A DNA stretch of 64,000 bases from a virus (Duplodnaviria; Caudoviricetes). The DNA lies in the IMG/VR virus record IMGVR_UViG_3300020308_000002, positions 1 through 64,000 of that record, one strand, 5' to 3'. Each line of letters opens with the position of its first letter. Positions within the stretch are counted from its first letter, which is position 1. Under the pieces are notes generated by a model that saw only the letters and a program-made list of their open reading frames with translations, was not told where the DNA came from and made no database searches. Below are positions 26,966 to 34,756 of this stretch, one piece after another. The translations under genes were made by a program, and so were the position numbers.

Positions 26966-27255
26966 GGAACGGTATTCCTAGAGCTGGAGTCAGAGCACCG
27001 CAAGCCAGAAGAAATGCAGCTCGCAGTGAAACAGAACACGCTAAACGTGTACGTGAAGCTGGTGATCGTTTAAACCCACGATTCAAAGAGCTTCTTGACG
27101 AGTACATCAACGGTCAAGTCTATGCCGCAGGCAAACTTGGATGCAGAGAACCTATCCGTCAAGACACAATTCAGAAACATGTTACTTCAGTAGGTATTGC
27201 TTACGTTGACTATCTCAAGTCACAAGTGCAAACTGAAAACATCATTGAAGATTAA
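26566..27255 (+). CDS. Hypothetical protein
   Basis: 229 aa, globular-looking composition. Confidence 0.7.
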   Translation: MVTTTPTSVFIFTSNPQLSAKPAQRQDGIHYAYYNAPAKNGGGGECSVSFPESVKDHVKVGQPFSVDGTPIAGLGYTTRIQYDERYKCSMLIFDYIKQESHQEVEESAPFISTPFPTEGWGDADGITATAQPVRNGIPRAGVRAPQARRNAARSETEHAKRVREAGDRLNPRFKELLDEYINGQVYAAGKLGCREPIRQDTIQKHVTSVGIAYVDYLKSQVQTENIIED

Positions 27256-27258
27256 CTG

Positions 27259-27501
27259 ATGACAAGTCACAAAGTTTTTGAATTTTCCTTGCTTTTTAGT
27301 AAAAAATGGCCTTTTATTCGAACTTCTACCAAAACATTGGTGGAATATGACAATACTTGGCCTATCAAAAGTGACTATCCACCCCCATTCACCCTCGATT
27401 CCTACAACATCCAGTGTCAAGATGAAACATTTAACACAACCACGGTACACAACGTCATTTGTGAAGACTCTGAACCCCAAAGTACAGTTTTTGTTGACTG
27501 A
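27259..27501 (+). CDS. Hypothetical protein
   Basis: ATG 3 nt after the upstream stop. Confidence 0.5.
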   Translation: MTSHKVFEFSLLFSKKWPFIRTSTKTLVEYDNTWPIKSDYPPPFTLDSYNIQCQDETFNTTTVHNVICEDSEPQSTVFVD

Positions 27502-27640
27502 GATTGCCAAAGACAGTCAATACGACGAAGCACAAGTGCTTGAGAAACTGGTGGGCAAGATGGAAAAATACGTTGCCAACGGAGGCAGCATTAAAGATTC
27601 AGTTAAAGATATCTTCGCTGGCATAGGTGCTGAATTATGA
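27422..27640 (+). CDS. Hypothetical protein
   Basis: Start moved to ATG 27422; ATGA-coupled to the next gene. Confidence 0.6.
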   Translation: MKHLTQPRYTTSFVKTLNPKVQFLLTEIAKDSQYDEAQVLEKLVGKMEKYVANGGSIKDSVKDIFAGIGAEL

Positions 27641-27906
27641 CTCGTGCCAAACACACTACATCCCTCCTTCGGGAGGGGCTTGGGGTCAAAGTCGCTATCG
27701 ATGACACCGAGTTTCATGCTTGGATTCCTTGCAAGAATCCTTCCGAACAATGGTCAATGGATCCTAGGATTCGTTCCTATCTTTTCATTAAAGGAAAAGG
27801 AGGAAACATGAAAATATTAAAACTATCAGAAGCTTGTACAGAGATCCAATGTATCCAAGCTATGAGTACAGATAAGTCAGTTGTCGTTCAATCTTTAGTT
27901 CCATGA
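27637..27906 (+). CDS. Hypothetical protein
   Basis: Coupled ORF. Confidence 0.65.
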   Translation: MTRAKHTTSLLREGLGVKVAIDDTEFHAWIPCKNPSEQWSMDPRIRSYLFIKGKGGNMKILKLSEACTEIQCIQAMSTDKSVVVQSLVP

Positions 27907-28115
27907 AACAACAACAAATCAAATTTCTCATCAAGCCAGATGGCACAGTTGACGAGGAAGTTATTGGTGTTACTTGCAATGAATGCACAGCAATTACCAA
28001 GCATGTAGAAGCTAACCTAGGCACCATAACTAAGGTGACTTATAAGCCTGATTACTATGCACCTTGTGAGATTCGAACCGTCACTCAACACGAGTCAGAG
28101 TCTCTCGTCGACTGA
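27903..28115 (+). CDS. DUF2997 family protein
   Basis: IKFLIKPDGTVDEEVIGV...C..IT..VEANLG...KPDYY. Confidence 0.75.
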   Translation: MKQQQIKFLIKPDGTVDEEVIGVTCNECTAITKHVEANLGTITKVTYKPDYYAPCEIRTVTQHESESLVD

Positions 28116-28211
28116 GCTATTGATCATAGCTGGTACATAAAAACTCAACATTTCTTTATCTTATGAGCTTCATAGACTACATAGGATTCTTTTCTTTATT
28201 CATTATTCTTT

Positions 28212-28430
28212 ATGGCATCCAGAGAAAAGCAATCCATCGACGTAACAACAGGAGAACATCAAATGCCAGTCATTGCTGACCAGCTACTACCTAGAGATGC
28301 TACTCAGTTAGATGAAGTAGATCAGTATCTAGAGTGTGCTACGGATTGTGCTATCAACGACAAGGATTGCAAAGATGCCTGCTTAGAAGAAATGAAAGAC
28401 GCCGCCCACTTAGACGTTCCTTCTTACTAA
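28212..28430 (+). CDS. Small acidic Cys-rich protein
   Basis: VDQYLECATDCAINDKDCKDACLEEM (C-x3-C-x6-C-x3-C). Confidence 0.65.
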   Translation: MASREKQSIDVTTGEHQMPVIADQLLPRDATQLDEVDQYLECATDCAINDKDCKDACLEEMKDAAHLDVPSY

Positions 28431-28954
28431 TACTGATCTCTAATAACTGATCGAATCATCCAACAAGCTTTGGATGTTTGAGCTAAGAGTTCAGCTAAAT
28501 AGTTAGCAACATCATATAGGTCAGATGCTTCAACTGCTGGTTGAATCAATTTGATCATATTTTCTAGCGTCCCTAAGTTGTCGTAGTACACCTTAAGTTG
28601 AGCCGTGCCATCGTATGACTCAACATTTTTAAAACAAGAACCTAACGCATCCTTCAAACCACAGGCACACATCGGCATCCAATAATTCAAGATTCTTACA
28701 AATTCTCCTAATTGATCGAACTGTTCTAAATGCAGGTCATATTGATCTTTTAGGAAATTATGAATATCTAAGAAGTTTGAACCTTCGTAATTGAAGTGAA
28801 TGAGATGTGATTGTGTCTGTAATTCCTTAACAAAAGAAGCTAATAAAACCAATTTCTGAGAAATATCACTGGATTGACAAGACTCTGGCTTGCTATTCAT
28901 CATTAGCACTAGATTGTGCTGCTCAGGATTGTTTGAGGTCTCTGCTGTTTCCAT
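28427..28954 (-). CDS. dps: Dps / ferritin-like protein
   Basis: H-x11-H (HFNYEGSNFLDIH) and D-x3-E (DQLGE) ferroxidase pattern. Confidence 0.8.
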   Translation of the reverse strand: METAETSNNPEQHNLVLMMNSKPESCQSSDISQKLVLLASFVKELQTQSHLIHFNYEGSNFLDIHNFLKDQYDLHLEQFDQLGEFVRILNYWMPMCACGLKDALGSCFKNVESYDGTAQLKVYYDNLGTLENMIKLIQPAVEASDLYDVANYLAELLAQTSKACWMIRSVIRDQY

Positions 28955-28993
28955 AGGTTGACTGCTGTTGACCTTAGTTTAGGTTCTTAAGTT

Positions 28994-29015
28994 TGCAAAC
29001 TTTCAACTATGCATT
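28994..29015 (+). promoter_or_regulatory. Cassette motif copy 9 (TGCAAACTTTCAACTATGCATT)
   Basis: TGCA-N12-TGCA spacing kept; ATG at 29031. Confidence 0.7.
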
Positions 29016-29030
29016 ATTTCTGCTTCGTTT

Positions 29031-29669
29031 ATGAACTCTGCAATTATTCAATCTCCAACAGGTATTCATCCTACGAGACCCAACCAAAAGATCCAAACTT
29101 ATGGATTAGATCTTAATGCCCAATGGTTTGGCTGGGGTGCTAAAGCTGGTAGTCCAGAGTTTACTCTTGCTCCAGATGAAGGCATTAGCTTCGTAGGTAA
29201 ACCCATCGTTGGAATTGATTGGCATACAAGCCAAGGCGTCTCATGTCCTTACTTCAGGTTTGCTTTCCTTGAGCCAACTGAAGATCGTCAGACAAGACTG
29301 TCAGTAATCAAACTTAAATGCAATGGCAGTTCAACAAGTAACGGTAAGATCCTCGTGCAAAATCATGCTGCCTGTCTCGTTGGTGCTCTTCATGAGCTAG
29401 TACAACGAACCATCTTGTCCGACCTTGACTTGGAAGATATTTCAGGCACATTGTATGCAAGGAAAGGAGAAGGACGTGAAGTTGTAAACCCAAGTACTGG
29501 CTTCAAAACCACGTTCAAAGGTACCTTCATCGATTGTTTCCTTGGCAACGATCAATTGCGATTCAAGCAAGCAGATAGAGAACTCATGGCTTTCCAATCT
29601 CAAGTCAATGATCTCGCTGCCTCATTACACCAACCAGCTCCTTTTTTACAATCAGTTTCTGATGAATAG
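29031..29669 (+). CDS. Hypothetical protein (beta-rich, possibly OB-like)
   Basis: 212-aa ATG ORF. Confidence 0.7.
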   Translation: MNSAIIQSPTGIHPTRPNQKIQTYGLDLNAQWFGWGAKAGSPEFTLAPDEGISFVGKPIVGIDWHTSQGVSCPYFRFAFLEPTEDRQTRLSVIKLKCNGSSTSNGKILVQNHAACLVGALHELVQRTILSDLDLEDISGTLYARKGEGREVVNPSTGFKTTFKGTFIDCFLGNDQLRFKQADRELMAFQSQVNDLAASLHQPAPFLQSVSDE

Positions 29670-29928
29670 CCACATACACACCTCTAACGGAGAAGTTTTG
29701 GAAATCCCTGATTCAATTCCTCCAGCAAGCCTATCTCAGTACAGGCAAAAACATTTCCTCAAAGAAATAACTAAACAGGAACTTCCCCCTGGAGGTGTCC
29801 TACCTAACTTGGAGTACATCCAATCTCATGTTCAAAGCATGAAACAAGAAGTTCCCACAATTCATCGACCTAAGGTCACTCGAATAGAGTTACTCATCGA
29901 TGAAATGATTAATACATTAAACTCTTAA
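29662..29928 (+). CDS. Hypothetical protein
   Basis: Start moved to ATG 29662, overlapping the upstream stop. Confidence 0.6.
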   Translation: MNSHIHTSNGEVLEIPDSIPPASLSQYRQKHFLKEITKQELPPGGVLPNLEYIQSHVQSMKQEVPTIHRPKVTRIELLIDEMINTLNS

Positions 29929-29941
29929 TTGCATTCCCACC

Positions 29942-31033
29942 ATGAATCAATCACCAGCTACCGTCATGCCTTACACCACCTCAGGGCTATGTACAAAAGA
30001 TGTAGAAGATCCCGGCTCTGAAACTTTCAGGCCTGGCAAAGTCACTCGAGCAGACGCTAAGTTCTTCCAAGGACTTAAATCCGAATGTCGAGAATGGCAA
30101 TCAACAGAAGAGCAATTGAAATCTATTGGTTGCAATTGGTTGGTCACTCCTGAACCTTTATATTCAAAAAGATACGACAGAACATACCCCGAGATTGTTA
30201 ATTGGTATACCAGTGATGGAGATCGACTAGGTCAATTCTCTAATTGCAGGCACATTATCCATCCTCAAGATGGTTTGAATTGGTACAAAGAGTTCATCCG
30301 TAAAACCAAAGCTGCTTTCTTGCAAGAACTCACGCTTGATGTCATAGGATATCTACCTGATCAAAGGGTTTTATATTTTGCATCCAAGCTGACTGACATG
30401 AATCCTGAAAGGTTGAAAGAAGTTGGTGATACAACTGATTTCTTCCTCATGTTTAGTATCAATTACATGGAACCTAGAGCTATGAAAGCTCAGATCTGGG
30501 CTAACGAATTAGTCTGTGACAATGGCATGACACGTCGAATCAGAGATGGTCAGGCAACTATTAATCACAGAAAAGCTCGTGGAGAAGTTGATGTCTACCA
30601 AGCACTAGAAGCTGCTGTACTAGAAGCTAAGCGACATGTGTACATCAAGGAGAGTTTCATAGATACTCCTTGTGATCTTTACGACGGAAAGAAATTAATT
30701 CGTACTTTCTTCAAAGATTTCATTCCAGAAGAAAATCGTAAATCTCAAATAGAGAATGTTTGGGAACCTGTGGATTCCAGATATATTCAACAACTAGAGC
30801 ATACTTACGTGCATGGCTTGATAGGTGGAGAATTAGAAACAAGAAAAGACAATCTCTTTCGTGTTCATTCAGCCATAACCCAATTTACGAGCCACCATAA
30901 GCGAGTTAGAAACGGTGATGATTCTAGATTTGCCAAACAATTGGATGGCAACCTGTCAAGAATCAACACTCAGTTCACCAAGTTCCTACAGGAACAAACA
31001 ACAGGTCACAATTACGATGCCATTTCGACGTAA
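29942..31033 (+). CDS. DUF932 family protein
   Basis: FFLMFSINY...ANELVCDNGM...INHR matches the DUF932 VCxNG signature. Confidence 0.65.
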   Translation: MNQSPATVMPYTTSGLCTKDVEDPGSETFRPGKVTRADAKFFQGLKSECREWQSTEEQLKSIGCNWLVTPEPLYSKRYDRTYPEIVNWYTSDGDRLGQFSNCRHIIHPQDGLNWYKEFIRKTKAAFLQELTLDVIGYLPDQRVLYFASKLTDMNPERLKEVGDTTDFFLMFSINYMEPRAMKAQIWANELVCDNGMTRRIRDGQATINHRKARGEVDVYQALEAAVLEAKRHVYIKESFIDTPCDLYDGKKLIRTFFKDFIPEENRKSQIENVWEPVDSRYIQQLEHTYVHGLIGGELETRKDNLFRVHSAITQFTSHHKRVRNGDDSRFAKQLDGNLSRINTQFTKFLQEQTTGHNYDAIST

Positions 31034-31283
31034 ATCAGGAAAGACTGAAGGTCCCCGCTTTCAAGCAGGGGATCGAGTCTATAAAGCTAAGAATGGTAAC
31101 ACTGGACGGAAAGATGGAATCATCGTTTCACGAGAGGACATCAATTACAAAAATGGAGCCACTCATAAAGCTTATTGGATTCGATTTGACAACAACCCTC
31201 GTTTACACCATCTTGAACAAAGACTCCTTAAACCAGTAGAAAATGGGCAAACACAAAAGGAAAACATACAGCCAAAAATATAG
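31017..31283 (+). CDS. Small SH3/KOW-like protein
   Basis: FQAGDRVYKAK...GIIV...YWIRFD; start moved to ATG 31017. Confidence 0.6.
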   Translation: MPFRRKSGKTEGPRFQAGDRVYKAKNGNTGRKDGIIVSREDINYKNGATHKAYWIRFDNNPRLHHLEQRLLKPVENGQTQKENIQPKI

Positions 31284-31354
31284 ACTAAGAGAAGGTAGCT
31301 ATAAGCGTTCCCTTCGCCACCAACTGAACACTGACGGTACCCACTTATTCCAAA

Positions 31355-31552
31355 ATGGACACATTGATGCTTCCGACGTTAACGCCTCGAGAAAGATTCC
31401 TAATGCAAATAGAACAAGCAGCTAAAGCAGTTCTATCTAAGCAACCTAATGCCTTCTGTAACCTCTACCCCTTCTCATCCCAATGCCAGATCCCAACCAC
31501 TTCTTTGAAGGTCGCAACCTTGAAGCCGACACAAAAGCAATACAAGAGTTAG
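31355..31552 (+). CDS. Hypothetical protein
   Basis: ORF track; start uncertain. Confidence 0.45.
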   Translation: MDTLMLPTLTPRERFLMQIEQAAKAVLSKQPNAFCNLYPFSSQCQIPTTSLKVATLKPTQKQYKS

Positions 31553-31755
31553 TCGATAGACCACAAGATGTCGAGTACTCCATCTCTGAACTTTTGTTTA
31601 TAAGGACAGCAATAGATCATGTACCAGCTACTAACAACGAAGAAAAGAAAGTTAAAGATACGATGATTTCTAAAACTAATGCATTTGTAAAAGAGATCAT
31701 GTATAGCAAGAACAAGACAAGAAACTCCCACTCCAGACTTGACCGACTAGATTAA
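31483..31755 (+). CDS. Hypothetical protein
   Basis: ATG ORF. Confidence 0.65.
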   Translation: MPDPNHFFEGRNLEADTKAIQELVDRPQDVEYSISELLFIRTAIDHVPATNNEEKKVKDTMISKTNAFVKEIMYSKNKTRNSHSRLDRLD

Positions 31756-31910
31756 GTTTATTGGCGTGGGAGTACTAGGAGAATAAGGGAGTACTCCTTG
31801 TAAGCCCAAGCTAGATCCTCTGGGTTTGGTGGAGCTCAGAGGATTCCAGTCTTTACTTTACAAATCCACAAAGATAAGTTACTCTCCTCTTGGGAAGTGA
31901 ACAGCCTATT

Positions 31911-31945
31911 ACCCTCTCCGTCTTGCATAGCGGAGGGGGTTTTTT
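31911..31945 (+). terminator. Rho-independent terminator
   Basis: ACCCTCTCCGT-cttgcata-GCGGAGGGGGT-TTTTT. Confidence 0.8.
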
Positions 31946-31947
31946 CA

Positions 31948-31969
31948 TGCAGTAATTCAACGATGCATT
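31948..31969 (+). promoter_or_regulatory. Cassette motif copy 10 (TGCAGTAATTCAACGATGCATT)
   Basis: Directly before ATG 31970. Confidence 0.85.
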
Positions 31970-32662
31970 ATGCCTTTACTGGGGCCTGCATATTTTAAAT
32001 TCAGCCCTCCAAACATGAAGTTCAAAAAGACTCTGCAACAGCAAGGTCTTTATATTATTAATTTCAGTCTTCCTGCTGGTCGTGCCTGCCCTGGTGCCGA
32101 CAAATGCTGGGCAATGGCTACCGTTGATCCTGACGGTAAAGTCACATTAAAAAAGGGCGTGGACAACGAGTACATCTGCTATGCCGCTAAAGGCGAAGTG
32201 GTGTATGCGAATGTCCGTAGAGCTCGTGCTCACAACAAAGCACTTATCGACGGTCTATCTACCCATGAGATAGTCGACCTGATGCTTCTCTCTCTTGAGT
32301 TCAATTACAAAAGTCTCATCAAAAAAGCCAACTTATTTAGATGGCATGTCTCGGGAGATTTCTATCTACCTAAATACAGGGATGCGATTTTTATTCTTAC
32401 TCAAGAGTTACCCAACCTCATTCATTACGCCTATACGAAAAATCTTCCTTTATTCAAAGATGTCAAAAAACCTGACAACTTCAGACTCAACGCTAGTTGG
32501 GGTGGTCGCTTCGACCATATGATTAACTCCAAAGACTTTCCACGCTCTGCTCGAGTCGTCAAAGACCAAGCAGAAGCAGACAAACTCGGTCTACCAGTCG
32601 ATGTCAATGACTCCTTGGCATTCGGTGAGATCGACCAAAACTTTGCCCTTATTGATCATTAA
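31970..32662 (+). CDS. Phage gene product 88 (GP88) family protein
   Basis: FSLPAGRACPG, CYAAKG, FRWHVSGDFY, YAYTK. Confidence 0.8.
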   Translation: MPLLGPAYFKFSPPNMKFKKTLQQQGLYIINFSLPAGRACPGADKCWAMATVDPDGKVTLKKGVDNEYICYAAKGEVVYANVRRARAHNKALIDGLSTHEIVDLMLLSLEFNYKSLIKKANLFRWHVSGDFYLPKYRDAIFILTQELPNLIHYAYTKNLPLFKDVKKPDNFRLNASWGGRFDHMINSKDFPRSARVVKDQAEADKLGLPVDVNDSLAFGEIDQNFALIDH

Positions 32663-32664
32663 TT

Positions 32665-33123
32665 ATGTCAAACTTCACCAAAGACAAACAAGTCACATGG
32701 AATCCATTAGTCCTTGCCTACGAAAATGTAGAACAAGGTTACATGGAATTCAAATCAGAAGAAGAATTAAATATTTACAAGAAACAAATCAAGAACAGAG
32801 AGATCGTTGACTTAGCTACCGTTGAAGATGACAAAGATATAAAAGTTGAAATACAACAAACCACTTTATATGTGGCTTACCCTCGTAAAGATATTACGTT
32901 TAACTGCGATTTACCTGAGGATGAATACTACCCATTCGATAAGACCGAAGTAACTAGTCCAGAAGGTGACTCTTTCTCTAGTAAAACAGAGAACGAACAA
33001 TTCGTTGGTGATGTGGTTACTAAATGGGCGGGAGTTCCAAAAGATACACCATTCAGTTCAGATCAAGAGAACACTTTCATGAAAATGATTAACAGCATTT
33101 TCGATAGCAAGGAGGAATCATGA
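32665..33123 (+). CDS. Acidic hypothetical protein
   Basis: Operon context. Confidence 0.7.
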   Translation: MSNFTKDKQVTWNPLVLAYENVEQGYMEFKSEEELNIYKKQIKNREIVDLATVEDDKDIKVEIQQTTLYVAYPRKDITFNCDLPEDEYYPFDKTEVTSPEGDSFSSKTENEQFVGDVVTKWAGVPKDTPFSSDQENTFMKMINSIFDSKEES

Positions 33124-33305
33124 AGATAGAAGATGCTATGAAGACCAAAAACTTCCTCCCTTGGATGCGTCTCGAAATTCTGGAAGCCAAATCAGAGAGA
33201 GAAGCTTTAGAGTTTCTGCTCGACGAGTGGTTATTCCCTTGGCAGCAAGACGCATATGATGAATGGTTCCAAGCTAATCGTGGTTGGCTTAAGGAGGAAT
33301 CATGA
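33120..33305 (+). CDS. Hypothetical protein
   Basis: ATGA-coupled; GGAGG RBS. Confidence 0.7.
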   Translation: MKIEDAMKTKNFLPWMRLEILEAKSEREALEFLLDEWLFPWQQDAYDEWFQANRGWLKEES

Positions 33306-33496
33306 TGGATCAAAAAACTAGAGACAAAATTATTCATCGATGTGAAATTTTACAGTACATGGGCGATGCCTCTATCTGTTCTGATTACGATCAAATTCCT
33401 CCCGATGAATTGATGAAAGATTATGGATGGGTTTTAGAAAAAGCCCATGACGATTTAGACAGGTACAAGATCCAATGCACTATTACAGATGACTAA
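33302..33496 (+). CDS. Hypothetical protein
   Basis: ATGA-coupled; GGAGG RBS. Confidence 0.7.
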   Translation: MMDQKTRDKIIHRCEILQYMGDASICSDYDQIPPDELMKDYGWVLEKAHDDLDRYKIQCTITDD

Positions 33497-33713
33497 ATTC
33501 ACCAAGAAATTTAATCATGCCTTTTGGTTGGGATTCTCAGTCGACACAGACAATGAAGACTTCCCTACAGAACAAGAAATCCTACATGCTTTAGCAGGTA
33601 GGCTTACAGGCATTCTTGATCCGACTCCACACCCTTCTAACGGGAACCTGCTCAGTGAGCTGAAGCAGGAATTGGATGGACCTCACGACACTTACACAAA
33701 CGAGGAAAACTAA
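33489..33713 (+). CDS. Hypothetical protein
   Basis: Coupled ORF. Confidence 0.7.
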   Translation: MTKFTKKFNHAFWLGFSVDTDNEDFPTEQEILHALAGRLTGILDPTPHPSNGNLLSELKQELDGPHDTYTNEEN

Positions 33714-33871
33714 TGCCAAAAGCACTAGAAGAACAATTTCGTGAGTGGTTAAAAACGTGTCCTGTCGAGGTCACATTTGTTCAAGACAATAGTTCAGAGG
33801 GGTATGTCGGATATGCGGTTGACTTTGAACTTAACCCTAACCCTCACAAGGAGAACAATGAAAGAACTTAA
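33713..33871 (+). CDS. 52-aa protein with FxxWLxxCPVE motif
   Basis: MPKALEEQFREWLKTCPVEV...; TAATG coupling; not in the ORF track. Confidence 0.65.
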   Translation: MPKALEEQFREWLKTCPVEVTFVQDNSSEGYVGYAVDFELNPNPHKENNERT

Positions 33872-34058
33872 AACGTGGAGATTGACTGCTTCCAAGACAA
33901 TCACTTACACCACAACAGTCGATGCCTTTGACCGCATCGAAGCTGAATCCATGTCTAGATCAGCAGGTCTGGATTGGCAAATGATTCAAGACGATGAGCT
34001 GGAGATGGAAGAGAACACTGGCTACAACGTTCACACTATCGAGGAGGTCGAAGGATGA
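33858..34058 (+). CDS. Hypothetical protein
   Basis: Start moved to ATG 33858. Confidence 0.65.
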   Translation: MKELKTWRLTASKTITYTTTVDAFDRIEAESMSRSAGLDWQMIQDDELEMEENTGYNVHTIEEVEG

Positions 34059-34201
34059 ATAAAAACATCGTCGCCAAACAAACATTCATTGATTGGTTAG
34101 CTGAATGCCCTGTGGAGGCTATCCGTAACGATGATCTCAACTTCGGAGACCATGAGGACTCTGAAGAAATTAACTACTCTTTTTACATTCCTTATGAGTG
34201 A
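34055..34201 (+). CDS. 48-aa protein with FxxWLxxCPVE motif
   Basis: MNKNIVAKQTFIDWLAECPVEA...; ATGA coupling; not in the ORF track. Confidence 0.65.
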   Translation: MNKNIVAKQTFIDWLAECPVEAIRNDDLNFGDHEDSEEINYSFYIPYE

Positions 34202-34364
34202 CGAAACTAACACCAACAGTCTTCAAAGACATTATCAAGATGTCTTAGACGAATGCCCTGAGTACTCTGATCCGTCCAGTGCTCATTACGATCTTGCACA
34301 TTGTGCAGACCTAGCCCAAATTCGTTTCGACAGAGAAGCAGATGGCTTCTACAACGACAACTAA
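34194..34364 (+). CDS. Small acidic protein
   Basis: Start moved to ATG 34194. Confidence 0.55.
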   Translation: MSDETNTNSLQRHYQDVLDECPEYSDPSSAHYDLAHCADLAQIRFDREADGFYNDN

Positions 34365-34381
34365 CTCCAACCCTTATCCCC

Positions 34382-34756
34382 ATGTCTAAATTCGTCATGA
34401 TGAAAACACCCTCAAGAGAAGAATTCGATGACTTCATTAACCAGTCTCCTGTAGAAATTCTTACCAAAGAAGAAACAGAACAGGTGTATAACACTGGTGG
34501 AAAAATGTATGTCAAAGTTAATTATTCTTTCAAAGTTCCATTTTCTAAAATTCAATATGAAGAATACTGCTTTCAAAAATGCTTGATGGATCTATTGAGA
34601 AACTACTGCGAGAACCAAAGAATTCAATTTGGTGCAGTAGATGACATCCTTGCAAAGCCTCAAGACAACTTTGATCAAGAAAAAGTACTAACTGGCGCAC
34701 AGAAGTCAGTTCTATTAAATTACAGCAAGATCTGGGACAAGCTGCTTGACTCTTAA
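34382..34756 (+). CDS. Hypothetical protein
   Basis: Start moved to ATG 34382. Confidence 0.65.
   Translation: MSKFVMMKTPSREEFDDFINQSPVEILTKEETEQVYNTGGKMYVKVNYSFKVPFSKIQYEEYCFQKCLMDLLRNYCENQRIQFGAVDDILAKPQDNFDQEKVLTGAQKSVLLNYSKIWDKLLDS

Noticed and set aside
28141-28152. AACTCAACATT as an 11th motif copy (also a weak one near 46066)
   Set aside because: Only the core matches; TGCA arms and spacing are absent
28212-28430. CP12 assignment for the four-Cys peptide
   Set aside because: Lacks the AWDxVEEL core and the CP12 Cys spacing
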